Of a stretch of DNA of 64,000 nucleotides, positions 1-9,693 are shown in pieces. The stretch is from Bdellovibrionota bacterium (lineage in GTDB: Bacteria; Bdellovibrionota_C; UBA2361; CALJRW01). The first letter of the stretch is position 1. Each line of letters starts with the position of its first letter. Position numbers and translations under genes: made by a program. The notes beneath the pieces were generated by a model. It was not told the DNA's origin. It did no database searches and saw only the letters and a program-made list of their open reading frames with translations. The stretch spans positions 142,612-206,611 of the forward strand of contig JBGSMD010000063.1 of assembly GCA_041740355.1 (NCBI GenBank). Direction: 5' to 3'.

Positions 1-665
1 GCGGCCTTCATGCCCGCATAGCTAAATTCGGCCATAATAATAAATTCCTTAACTCGGACGTTATTTTCAGATATTGCTCCGCTACGAACGACATCCTTGT
101 TCCGACTAGAAAATTTACCAGCGCTATCTTTCGCGGCTTCATCTGGAGAAGAACTAAACGTTCCCAACTTCTTAGAAAAATAAACTTGCTTAGATTCCTT
201 TAAGTCAACATTAGTAAAGTAATTCGACTCTTGGATTTGCTTAATAAAAAGTGCGATGTTTTGGTTGTCCAAGGCACGCCCTTTAAGCTCTAAGCTTGTC
301 CCTTCTCCTTCTTTTACAGACTGTAACCAAACTGTTTCTGGTAAGGAAATATTTAAATCATTTAAAACCTTAACTGGACCCATCCGATTTTTACGTAACT
401 TCGCCAAAACTAATAATTTCGCACGAATTTCAGCTTTCTTCACTTCTAAATCTTTAACAACTTTGGTTCTCTTCTCCAAGGTCGCTAATTGCTCTTTTAA
501 ACTAGCCATCTTCAAATTGTACTGGGTAATTTCAAGTTGTGTTTGATTATACAATCGATAACAAATCACTAATGTGAAAAGCAGCATTGTAGCAAAGCCA
601 AATATCAAGAAACGATTGGTATGGTCAATTTTTGTGGTATCACCTAATAGGTTAATCTTAATCAT
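1..665 (-). CDS. pilN: Type IV pilus assembly protein PilN (3'-partial, runs off the window edge)
   Basis: Not in the ORF track. Manual translation from ATG at 665 is open to base 1: MIKINLLG, a TM segment, a coiled coil, then GPVKVLNDLNISLPETVWLQSV...LELKGRALDNQNIALFIKQIQESNYFTNVDL. Directly downstream of pilM. Confidence 0.88.
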   Translation of the reverse strand, partial: MIKINLLGDTTKIDHTNRFLIFGFATMLLFTLVICYRLYNQTQLEITQYNLKMASLKEQLATLEKRTKVVKDLEVKKAEIRAKLLVLAKLRKNRMGPVKVLNDLNISLPETVWLQSVKEGEGTSLELKGRALDNQNIALFIKQIQESNYFTNVDLKESKQVYFSKKLGTFSSSPDEAAKDSAGKFSSRNKDVVRSGAISENNVRVKEFIIMAEFSYAGMKA

Positions 666-673
666 GACAGCTT

Positions 674-1759
674 TTATTTTTTAGGTTTAATTCGATCGCC
701 GGCTTGTCTGATTCCCAGACCAACCGCAACAGTAAATAGTGGTGCTAATTCAGCCAAGGAGGATTCATCAATATCCAGATTTATCTCCATGACACGAAAG
801 GGATCAAACAAATAAACATCAGTTCCCGAAACACTCTCTAATGCCTGTTTAAATCCACTTATTAAACTACCACCGCCAGTTAAAAATATTTGATTGATCT
901 TGCTTTCTGCACCCGAAGATCCCCAGAATAAATTTAATTGTCGAGAGAAGTCTTTAGCTAAAGTGGAAACTTTCGCTGAAAGAAATTCAACTATTTGCTT
1001 CTGTAAAGCTGGATCCTCAATGCTACGATAGTCAAATTTATATTTTTCAGCATCAAACTTTTCTAGTTCAAAACGATTAACGAGTTCATCTGTTATCTCT
1101 TGTCCACCAATTGAAACATCTCCCGCATATAAGATCTCATCATTTTGACGCAGGATAATATTAGAGAAACGACTACCCACATCGATAATTGCAATTAATT
1201 CTTGTTTAAGTTCTGGATAGTTTAGTTCAAAAGCATTGTTAATAGCATAGTAATCAATATCAATAACTGCCGTATCAACACCGGCTCCCTCTAAAGACAT
1301 TAAATAACTATCAACTACTTCATTCTTAACTGCGACAACTAGCACGTCATAAGAATTTTCTTGAGAAGTATCAAGGATATGATAATCAATCATTACATCT
1401 TTAATACTACCAGGCAAAATACTAGCGGCCTCTAACATAATCTGCTCTCTTAAAGCTGTAGCTTTAGTTTTAGGAATTCTGATTTTTTTCATTAGGGCTG
1501 CTGGACCTGGAACACAAATATTTGCCCGTAATTTTTTTAATTCATTATCTTTATATAAGGAGCGAATTGCCTCGGAAACAATTTCTTTTTGAACGATAAT
1601 GTTATTACTAAAGACGTTATCATTAAAATTTACGATGGAAAGTTTCGTTAAATGGGGCTTAGAGCCACTCACGTCAATTTCTAACATCTTAATATTCCCG
1701 GAACCAATATCCAATGCGACTAATTGTTCTTTGGGGACTAATAAATCTTTAATACTCAT
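674..1759 (-). CDS. pilM: Type IV pilus assembly protein PilM (actin-like ATPase fold)
   Basis: VALDIGSGNIK, IIDVGSR, IFLTGGGSLISG and C-terminal VAVGLGIR motifs; followed by pilN. Confidence 0.93.
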   Translation of the reverse strand: MSIKDLLVPKEQLVALDIGSGNIKMLEIDVSGSKPHLTKLSIVNFNDNVFSNNIIVQKEIVSEAIRSLYKDNELKKLRANICVPGPAALMKKIRIPKTKATALREQIMLEAASILPGSIKDVMIDYHILDTSQENSYDVLVVAVKNEVVDSYLMSLEGAGVDTAVIDIDYYAINNAFELNYPELKQELIAIIDVGSRFSNIILRQNDEILYAGDVSIGGQEITDELVNRFELEKFDAEKYKFDYRSIEDPALQKQIVEFLSAKVSTLAKDFSRQLNLFWGSSGAESKINQIFLTGGGSLISGFKQALESVSGTDVYLFDPFRVMEINLDIDESSLAELAPLFTVAVGLGIRQAGDRIKPKK

Positions 1760-2412
1760 GAAATTAATATTTTAATAATTTAAAACTAATAGATTTTAAG
1801 TTTTATAGTAATGATAAAAAATAATTTACCTAAGTAAATTAAATGCAGTCATTATGGCTAATCTAATCTTGAATTTCTCCCTTCGCCAATGGAGAACAAA
1901 TATCCAAGTTTACTTCGCTATAACAACATCAATCGTGAGTCCGAGCAAAAGCCTTAGTTTTTAAAGTGATTTTGTGGACTCAATCTAATATCGCCAGTTA
2001 TTTTTAAATCTTTAATAATTGGCAAGCAGTGCTTTAATCTCAATTAAACTACCGACTAATAGTTAGACCTTAATGACTAGCTAATCAGTAAATTCAATAT
2101 GTTATCAATCAAAAGCTAATTTTTACAGACAAATTTAGCGATGGATTTACGGCACTACACTTTCAGTATGATTCTAATCTGTTATAATTAGTTGCAACAG
2201 TTAATAAATTCATATTTCAGAAAATAAGACACTTGGAGATTTGGCTCTTAAAGCTTATTGATGGAACTGCTTTTACTAGAAATATTTTTTCTAGATTGAC
2301 TTCTGTGGTATCAATCGTTAGCTAGATTGTTTTAACAATAATCACTTAATAATAAATTTAAAGAATTCTAATCCCAGAGCGACAAGCATTTCCTGTAAAA
2401 CATAGTTTTAAT

Positions 2413-4635
2413 ATGCAAATAGTTAAGATCGCCATTTATCCCTTCGAAGCACCATTTTCCTATCAGGTATCAGCAGAACTTGCCGAGACGCTCAGTGTCG
2501 GTTCTAGGTTAAATGTAAACTTTCGAGGAAAATTGAAAGAAGGAATTATCCTAGAAACGAACTGTGCTTTGGATCCGACTGCTAATTATAAATTAAAAAT
2601 CATTCCGGACGAAACCCCAAGTCACCAATGCTTAAATCCGGAACAGTTTAAATTCCTTTCTTGGATGACAAACTACTACCAAGAAAGTCTAACTCGAATC
2701 CTACCCCAAATCATTCCTAGTTATTCAGCAGCAACAATTAAATCATTTGTAGAAATCATTGATCGCAAAACTACTATCAAAGGAAAGACTCAAATTAAAA
2801 TCGTAGACTTTCTTAAAGCGCAAACAGCAGCAATAAAGAAAGAAGACTTAATAAAGTTATTTCCAACTGCACGTCCAGCATTAAAAAAATTACTTGAGAA
2901 TAAAATTATTAAGATCAGCCACGAAAAACAAAAGGTAATTTTTGATGGTGGCAAATATGCTAAAGAATATCCCAGTAAAGTAATTGAATTAAATGCCGAT
3001 CAAACTAAGGCATTTGAGGCTATTAATGCCTCTCTGACTGCTAGCACTTTCCAGGCTTTTCTCTTATTTGGGGTGACCGGGAGTGGGAAAACAGAAGTCT
3101 ATTTAGATCTCTGTGAAGAAGCTTTAGCTCAAAATAAAGGGGTGATGTTACTAGTTCCTGAGATAGCATTGACTCCCCAACTAATTGATCGTTTTGCGAG
3201 CAGATTAAAAACTAACTTTGCAGTCTTACATAGCGATCTGGGATCTAAGAATCGTTGGCATGCCTGGCAAAGTTTATTGGAGGGGGAAATTCAAGTCGTC
3301 ATTGGAGTGCGCTCGGCAGTTTTTGCTCCTGTTCCAAATTTAGGTTTAGTAATTGTTGACGAAGAGCATGATGGCTCTTACAAGCAGTCAGATAACTTTC
3401 GTTATCACGGGCGTGATCTGGCAGTAAAGCGTGCCCAACTTTGCAACTGCCCAGTAGTTTTAGGATCCGCTACTCCGACTCTGGAATCTATTTACAATTT
3501 TAAACTTGATAAATATCAGGTTCTTAAACTTCGTAAAAAGCATAGCTCGGCTAGAGAAAATCAAATTAAGATTATTGATCTTAGTAAATTAAAAAAGAAA
3601 GATTTTGCTTCAGCAAATATTTCCAAACAGTTAGCGGAAGAAATTGCCTATAACTTAAAAAATAATCAGCAAAGTTTTATTCTTTATAATCGCCGTGGCT
3701 TTGCCTCCTATCTCGAATGTGAATCTTGCAACGAATCACTGAAATGTCCCCACTGTGATTTAACCTTAACTTACTATCAACATAAGACACTCTTACTTTG
3801 TCATGCCTGTGGCTACCAAAGTCCGATTCCTGACCGCTGCCTGGCATGTAAGAAAACGAAATCAATCCTAGAGCACCCGCTATCTGGCTGGAGACTTCGA
3901 GGGTCGGGAACTGAAAAAATTGATCAAGAACTTTCCGATCTTTTCCCTAATGCACAAATTGCTCGGCTTGATCGCGATTTAGTTAAATCTTCCAGTGAAT
4001 ACCGAACAATTCTGACAAAAGCCCGCGAGAATAAGATTGATATCCTTATTGGAACTCAAATGATTGCCAAAGGACACGATCTACCAAATGTTACATTAGT
4101 CGGAGTGATAGATTGTGATGTTGGTTTAAACTTCCCCGACTTTCGAGCCAGTGAGCGAGTCTTTCAATTACTGACTCAGGTAGCAGGTCGTGCGGGACGA
4201 GGAGACCTCCCCGGAAAAGTTTTTTTTCAAACGCGACAACCCTCTCATCCTAGCATTCTCTATGCCAAGAATGATGATTACTTAGGATTTGTAAATAATG
4301 AACTCCAAATCAGAAAAACTTTGAGCTATCCACCTTTCTGTAAGATTTTACGAATTGTAATTAGCTCTGAAGATGAGGCTTCCATCCCAAAATATCTACA
4401 ACAACTTCAACCCCGACTGATAAAGTTAATCGAGTCTCACAAAATGCAACTTAGCCTTCTGGGACCAGTAACCGCACCAATCGCCAAGGTTAGGAAACAT
4501 TATCGCTGGCATTACCTTTGTAAATCCTCCAATATTTCCCAACTCCAATTAATTATGAGGTTTTTTCAAAATGAAAAAACTACTAACAAAAAGATTCGGA
4601 TTAGTTTAGATTTAGATCCACAAGATTTGCTATAA
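2413..4635 (+). CDS. priA: Primosomal protein N' (replication restart helicase PriA)
   Basis: GVTGSGKTEVY Walker A, VDEEHD, SATP, four CxxC zinc knuckles, GTQMIAKGHD, QVAGRAGR, C-terminal DLDPQ. Confidence 0.97.
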   Translation: MQIVKIAIYPFEAPFSYQVSAELAETLSVGSRLNVNFRGKLKEGIILETNCALDPTANYKLKIIPDETPSHQCLNPEQFKFLSWMTNYYQESLTRILPQIIPSYSAATIKSFVEIIDRKTTIKGKTQIKIVDFLKAQTAAIKKEDLIKLFPTARPALKKLLENKIIKISHEKQKVIFDGGKYAKEYPSKVIELNADQTKAFEAINASLTASTFQAFLLFGVTGSGKTEVYLDLCEEALAQNKGVMLLVPEIALTPQLIDRFASRLKTNFAVLHSDLGSKNRWHAWQSLLEGEIQVVIGVRSAVFAPVPNLGLVIVDEEHDGSYKQSDNFRYHGRDLAVKRAQLCNCPVVLGSATPTLESIYNFKLDKYQVLKLRKKHSSARENQIKIIDLSKLKKKDFASANISKQLAEEIAYNLKNNQQSFILYNRRGFASYLECESCNESLKCPHCDLTLTYYQHKTLLLCHACGYQSPIPDRCLACKKTKSILEHPLSGWRLRGSGTEKIDQELSDLFPNAQIARLDRDLVKSSSEYRTILTKARENKIDILIGTQMIAKGHDLPNVTLVGVIDCDVGLNFPDFRASERVFQLLTQVAGRAGRGDLPGKVFFQTRQPSHPSILYAKNDDYLGFVNNELQIRKTLSYPPFCKILRIVISSEDEASIPKYLQQLQPRLIKLIESHKMQLSLLGPVTAPIAKVRKHYRWHYLCKSSNISQLQLIMRFFQNEKTTNKKIRISLDLDPQDLL

Positions 4636-4647
4636 TAATCAAAGCTC

Positions 4648-5208
4648 ATGATGTATCAATTAATAAAAACTTTTTGCTTGTTACTACTTTGCGCAAGTAA
4701 TATTGCTTTAGCAGATCCTCCTTTTCCGCTACCAGATCCAGGTGAATTAAATAAAGTCCGTGGGGCAATCATTAGAACAACTGCCGGTGATTTGTATATT
4801 CGTCTTTACCCGAAAGATGCTCCCTGGCACGTGGCAAATTTTAAATACTTAGCTGATCGTAATTATTACCGAAATTCACCTTTCCATATTTTCCAGAAAG
4901 ACTACTTAGCTCAAGCAGGAGCAGCAAATTCTGATCCATCAAGTGGGCCAAAATATTCTATCCCTGCTGAATTTAATGAACGCAAACATAAGCTTGGCGC
5001 TCTCTCCATGGTTCGAAAGCCTGATTTCTTAGATGTTAGTCATAGTCGCAATTCCCACAGCAGCCAATTTAGGATCCTACTAGCTGATGCTCCTCACATG
5101 GATGGACAGTTCACCGTCTTTGGGAAAGTTGTAAAAGGAATAGATCTCTTGTCACAACTTCTTCCTAAAGACCGAATTATAAATATTCAAGTATTTGTCA
5201 GGGAATAG
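4648..5208 (+). CDS. Secreted cyclophilin-type peptidyl-prolyl isomerase homolog
   Basis: Signal peptide; LYPKDAPWHVANF, GALSMVR, SQF, HMDGQFTVFGKVVKG cyclophilin motifs. The canonical FHR is FHI here. Confidence 0.85.
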   Translation: MMYQLIKTFCLLLLCASNIALADPPFPLPDPGELNKVRGAIIRTTAGDLYIRLYPKDAPWHVANFKYLADRNYYRNSPFHIFQKDYLAQAGAANSDPSSGPKYSIPAEFNERKHKLGALSMVRKPDFLDVSHSRNSHSSQFRILLADAPHMDGQFTVFGKVVKGIDLLSQLLPKDRIINIQVFVRE

Positions 5209-5237
5209 TAAAATTTAGCTACCTGTCACCTAATCTG

Positions 5238-6779
5238 CTAGTGCTTAACGATAAACAAAGACTTCATTACAACTTCCTGACCCGGCATTTCATAATCTAA
5301 GTCTCTAATTGGTGAAGCTTCAATCCTTAATCCGGTAAGTTTTAAATTATAAATTTCTTCTTGAAACTTACGGTCATCCCATTTTTCCAAATTAAGTGAA
5401 AACAAGATTCTACCTTTAGGAGCAAGAATTAAATAAAGTTCCTTAGCCAGATCTTTGAAATCTCGATCTAACTTAAAAACGCCCTGTTTGTTCCTTGCAA
5501 ATGAAGGGGGGTCACAGATAATTAAATCAAACAGTCGATCTTTCTTTTTGGCACCAGCAATAAAATAACGGGCATCTGCTGCCCAGAACTCATATTTCTC
5601 CGGTTCTAAATTATTCGCCTTGAAATTTTCTTTCCCCCAATCAAGTGTTGCTTTACTGGTATCAACACTAACTACCTCACTCGCACCGCCTAGTGCGGCA
5701 CAGACACTAAAGCCAGCTGTATAACAAAAAAGATTTAATACTTTTTTGTTTTGACTATTCCTTTGAACCCAAGCTCGATTCTGTCGTTGGTCTAAGAATA
5801 ACCCCGGAGAATTACCTTGTTCTTTCTTAAAAACATAGTTCACTCCATTCTCTTTTCCTATCCACTCAGCGACGTCAATTGTTGATAAGTTGTGCTGCGC
5901 CACCGGAACTTGTCCCCTATTCTCCATCAGCTGAACTTTCCAACCTTTAACATTCACAACTTCTGCTAATTTTTTAATTCTAAGTAAATCTTTTTCTGCT
6001 GGTAATTGCTCATCAAACCAATAGCACCACAGATATTCCCCTAGTAAGTCAGCTGACATTCCCCAACCCTGATTATGAATCAATCTAATTGTATTAGTGC
6101 TATCTAACTTCCAATCGAACAGTCTTTGGCGTCTATCTAACGAAGAAAAATATTGGGCCAAAGTTAGATCGCCAAGAATCTCAGTGGAGTTAAAAGATTC
6201 TGGTAATACCGACTGATGACCAATTAATTGACCTTGATACTTAAAAGACAACTCTGCCGAATGAAGCATCAATCGGGGAAAGTTTGTTCCCCCGTGTTCA
6301 GAGTCCCCTAAAATTGCTATCCCTAAATCCTTAGCATGAAGTCGAATTTGGTGTGTCTTTCCCGATTCGGGATAAGCCTCCCAGACGGTAAACTTTCCTA
6401 ATTCGCAATGCTTTTTAAATTTAGTTTTGGAATTAGGCTTAAGCGATTTCTGAGATAGAAAACTATTACCTTTTTTGATAATCTCAGATTCAATTTGCAA
6501 CTCATTTAAATTTGGAGATTTTTGATCGGTAACAAATAAATACTTTTTTTGAACTTGATGCTTTTCAAATAATTCGGCAACAGCCGCCGCTACTTCTTTT
6601 GATTTAGCAAATAAGATTACTCCAGAAGTTTCCTTATCTAAACGATGACAAACAAAAAGTTTAGTATTTAACTTAATCGACAGATACTCTACAAATCCAA
6701 GAATCTTTGAATCGGGACTATGCGTAGAAATTCCCGTTGGCTTGTCAGCAAATACAAATGCTTCTTCTAGTCCACTCAT
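5238..6779 (-). CDS. Fusion of an RluA-family pseudouridine synthase and an RlmI/RlmK-like SAM-dependent rRNA methyltransferase
   Basis: N-terminal DKPTG, HRLDKETSG, GKTHQIRLH, ILGD, LMLH; C-terminal GLFLDQRQNR, VLNLFCYTAGFS, DLIICDPPSF. Confidence 0.88.
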   Translation of the reverse strand: MSGLEEAFVFADKPTGISTHSPDSKILGFVEYLSIKLNTKLFVCHRLDKETSGVILFAKSKEVAAAVAELFEKHQVQKKYLFVTDQKSPNLNELQIESEIIKKGNSFLSQKSLKPNSKTKFKKHCELGKFTVWEAYPESGKTHQIRLHAKDLGIAILGDSEHGGTNFPRLMLHSAELSFKYQGQLIGHQSVLPESFNSTEILGDLTLAQYFSSLDRRQRLFDWKLDSTNTIRLIHNQGWGMSADLLGEYLWCYWFDEQLPAEKDLLRIKKLAEVVNVKGWKVQLMENRGQVPVAQHNLSTIDVAEWIGKENGVNYVFKKEQGNSPGLFLDQRQNRAWVQRNSQNKKVLNLFCYTAGFSVCAALGGASEVVSVDTSKATLDWGKENFKANNLEPEKYEFWAADARYFIAGAKKKDRLFDLIICDPPSFARNKQGVFKLDRDFKDLAKELYLILAPKGRILFSLNLEKWDDRKFQEEIYNLKLTGLRIEASPIRDLDYEMPGQEVVMKSLFIVKH

Positions 6780-7885
6780 TTGTTATTTAATATTCTAGAA
6801 TATAAACTTTGATAATTCTTAATCATAGTTTCTGCTGTAAACTTATTTTGAAAATCCTGTTTAGCTTGATTTCCAAGTTTCGTTTGTAATTCAATATTTC
6901 CTGCTAATAAAATAATCTTCTCCGCTAGTTCTTGGATATTTCCGGAATCAACTAGGAAACCATTGTGGTTATTAGTGATCACTTCAGGTGCCCCGCCAAC
7001 ATTGGTGACAATTGCTGGCAAGCCCTGACTCATAGCTTCTAATAATGCTAAGGAATGTGCTTCGGAAAGTGAGGGCTGAACAATAAAACTAAAGTTCGAC
7101 CAGTATCGCCCAACATCCCGAAGCTCTCCTAGTAAGCAAACATTATGCGATAAGGAATACTTCGCAATTAATTCCTGTAACTTCGACTTCTGTTCTCCGT
7201 CTCCAATGAAAAAGGCATAAACCTTGGGATTAGACTTAACTACTAAGTTCATCGCCTCCATCAATAGTATTGGGTTTTTTACCGCGCGAAATGTGCCTAA
7301 GTATACAATTAACTGGGAGTCGACTGGCAGTTCAAGTTGTTGATACAAGTTTATTGGATCACCTACTTCTGGTGTCTTTATTCCATTATAAATTACTGAA
7401 ATTTCCCCGGAATATTTTTCCTTATCCTTTAGGGCTAGTGCTGAGAAATCACAGACAGCAGTTACCGCCTCAGTTTGCTTCCATAGCAACTGATTAACTA
7501 TTTGCCGCTTTCTAGAAACAACGTCAGGAAAATGCCGTCCATGTTCCGTAAAGATTAACTTTGCAAATGATACACGACATAATTTACAAATAGCTGCAAA
7601 AAAGAAGGGCGTATACTGATGCGCATGAACAATCTCTGGCTTAAAACTTTTAATAATTTTAAAAAACTCTAGGAAATTTCTTAGCTTCCAACCAGGAACC
7701 CGATTGATTGTATAAATCGGAATGCCTGTTTGCGCTAACTCTTCACCAATCTTACCAATAGAATCAAGTGCTAGAATTGCGACTTCGTATTTACCAGAAA
7801 AATGTTTAGCTAAATTAGCTACTAAAATTTCAGTTCCACCAACATTTAAACTATGAACTATGTAAAGCAATTTAGACATAATCAA
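6776..7885 (-). CDS. GT4 glycosyltransferase (resembles PEP-CTERM-system sugar transferases)
   Basis: HSLNVGGTE, FTEHG, PSLSEAHSLALLEAM, TNVGGAPEVI. Confidence 0.9.
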   Translation of the reverse strand: MIMSKLLYIVHSLNVGGTEILVANLAKHFSGKYEVAILALDSIGKIGEELAQTGIPIYTINRVPGWKLRNFLEFFKIIKSFKPEIVHAHQYTPFFFAAICKLCRVSFAKLIFTEHGRHFPDVVSRKRQIVNQLLWKQTEAVTAVCDFSALALKDKEKYSGEISVIYNGIKTPEVGDPINLYQQLELPVDSQLIVYLGTFRAVKNPILLMEAMNLVVKSNPKVYAFFIGDGEQKSKLQELIAKYSLSHNVCLLGELRDVGRYWSNFSFIVQPSLSEAHSLALLEAMSQGLPAIVTNVGGAPEVITNNHNGFLVDSGNIQELAEKIILLAGNIELQTKLGNQAKQDFQNKFTAETMIKNYQSLYSRILNNK

Positions 7886-7887
7886 TT

Positions 7888-9693
7888 CTATAGGTTTTGT
7901 AGCTTACAATACTGGGCAAACCTTTCGCCTTTAGCAGTTAACTCTTCAAATGTTCCCACTTCTTGAATTCTTCCCTCTTCCAGAAAAACAATTTGGTCAG
8001 CGTTTCTGATTGTTACCAAGCGGTGAGCAATAATTATCACTGTTCTATCTGGCAGAATTGATTTCATAGCCAACTCTAAATTTCGCTCAGTTTCAGCATC
8101 AAGCGCACTTGTTGGTTCATCCAAAATAAGAATGTCAGGATTGGCAATAATAGCGCGAGCGATACAAAGTCTTTGGATTTCTCCACCAGAAAAATATGCT
8201 CCCTGCGTACCAACTTGGGAATCTAAACCCATGGGTAATTTAGCAATTAAGTCTTTTAGTTGCGCTTGTTCTAGTGACTTATTAAGTAATTCATTACTCA
8301 CCTCGCCCAAACCATAAGTAATATTGCCTCTAATCGTATCGTTAAATAACATTGCCTGCTGGCTAACAATTGCGATTTTTTTGCGATAGGTAGCTAATTG
8401 GAATTCCTTGATATCAATTCCATCAATCTGAATCCTGCCTGCTTGAGGATCATAAAAACGAGGGATCAAGTTCACTAAAGAAGTTTTACCAGCTCCACTT
8501 GGACCAACAATTGCAGTGATTTTATTAGCTGGGATAAATAAATTGATGTCCCGAACAATCTGAGTTTGTGTGTCATAGGAAAAATCAACTTTCTCAAATT
8601 GAATCCCAGCTTTCATAGTTGAGTATCTTTTATTTCCATCAATTATTGGATTAGGTTCTTGATAGTCTAAATAGTCGACGACTTTTTTTAGCATTGGCAT
8701 CTCGGCAACTGACTGCACGTAAGTCCCGGAGAGCTGTTGAATATTACTGACAAAACGTCTTAGGCTTACAAAGAAAACTAAAAGTCTACCAATTGAGAAA
8801 CTGGAAAAAGACAAGAAAACAAAAATACTAGCAGTAACCACTAAGAGCGTTCCTGCCGCATTAAAAACATCAACTATCGCTGGCACATAATAGCCTCGTA
8901 ACTTAACATTTGCTAAATTCTTGGAAAGTGAATTGGCATTCTTAGTAAACTTCTTAATTTCATTTCCCTGATTACAGGTTAACTGTACCAGGCCAATATT
9001 CCTAAAAACGTCATCAACTTGATTATTGATATCTAGTAAATTCTGCTCAGCATTCTGCGCTGAAATTTCTATTTTCTTGATAAAGAAATTAGTAATTAAG
9101 TGAATTGCTGGCAAAAGCAACAAGGCAATCAACGTTAACTGCCAAGAAATCATAAACATTAAAAACAGAAAAATTACCGAGAAAAACAATTGGGTAATAA
9201 TATTGGTGACATTATTATTCGTCCTTGAAACTGACCCTAGGAAGTTGGTTAATACCGTATTAATCTCGACTGCTTTTTGTTCCGCAAAAAATGAGCGCTT
9301 AATATTGATATACTTTTCAAAGATTTGCGTTCTTAGTTGAGAATTGAACTCTTTTTCAATCAAAATTGAAAAATAACGCCCTAAAAGCAATGTAATATTT
9401 TCCAGCACTACCGCCACAAAGATAATCGCTACCATTAATAAGAAAATATTATGGTTAGTTGGGGCAAATGGGAGGTTACGAATGAGTACACCAAGGACTG
9501 GGGCCGTCACAATCCCATAAAATTTAGTTTCATCAACTAAAGCGTTTAAAACTGGAATCACAAGTCCTAGTCCGAGCATCTGAAATACTGAAGCTAGGAG
9601 AATAAAGAAAATTCCGCCAACTAACAGACTGCGACTTACTTTTGCTTGTTTAAACAAGCTGAAAAATATGTTAAATAATTGAAAATATGACAA
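7888..9693 (-). CDS. MsbA/PglK-like ABC exporter (fused TMD and NBD)
   Basis: About 6 TM helices; GPSGAGKT, FSGGEIQRL, ILDEPTSALD, IAHRL. TTG start. Confidence 0.92.
   Translation of the reverse strand: MSYFQLFNIFFSLFKQAKVSRSLLVGGIFFILLASVFQMLGLGLVIPVLNALVDETKFYGIVTAPVLGVLIRNLPFAPTNHNIFLLMVAIIFVAVVLENITLLLGRYFSILIEKEFNSQLRTQIFEKYINIKRSFFAEQKAVEINTVLTNFLGSVSRTNNNVTNIITQLFFSVIFLFLMFMISWQLTLIALLLLPAIHLITNFFIKKIEISAQNAEQNLLDINNQVDDVFRNIGLVQLTCNQGNEIKKFTKNANSLSKNLANVKLRGYYVPAIVDVFNAAGTLLVVTASIFVFLSFSSFSIGRLLVFFVSLRRFVSNIQQLSGTYVQSVAEMPMLKKVVDYLDYQEPNPIIDGNKRYSTMKAGIQFEKVDFSYDTQTQIVRDINLFIPANKITAIVGPSGAGKTSLVNLIPRFYDPQAGRIQIDGIDIKEFQLATYRKKIAIVSQQAMLFNDTIRGNITYGLGEVSNELLNKSLEQAQLKDLIAKLPMGLDSQVGTQGAYFSGGEIQRLCIARAIIANPDILILDEPTSALDAETERNLELAMKSILPDRTVIIIAHRLVTIRNADQIVFLEEGRIQEVGTFEELTAKGERFAQYCKLQNL

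Noticed and set aside
256-546. 96-aa plus-strand ORF
   Set aside because: Antisense shadow of pilN, which is open on the minus strand.
1854-1964. 36-aa ORF (MANLILNFSLRQW...) as a possible lasso precursor
   Set aside because: No (Y/W)xxPxL...T leader, no Asp/Glu for ring closure, and about 11 kb from B1/C.
1760-2412. tRNA or c-di-GMP riboswitch in the long intergenic region
   Set aside because: No cloverleaf, T-loop or GEMM consensus recognised.
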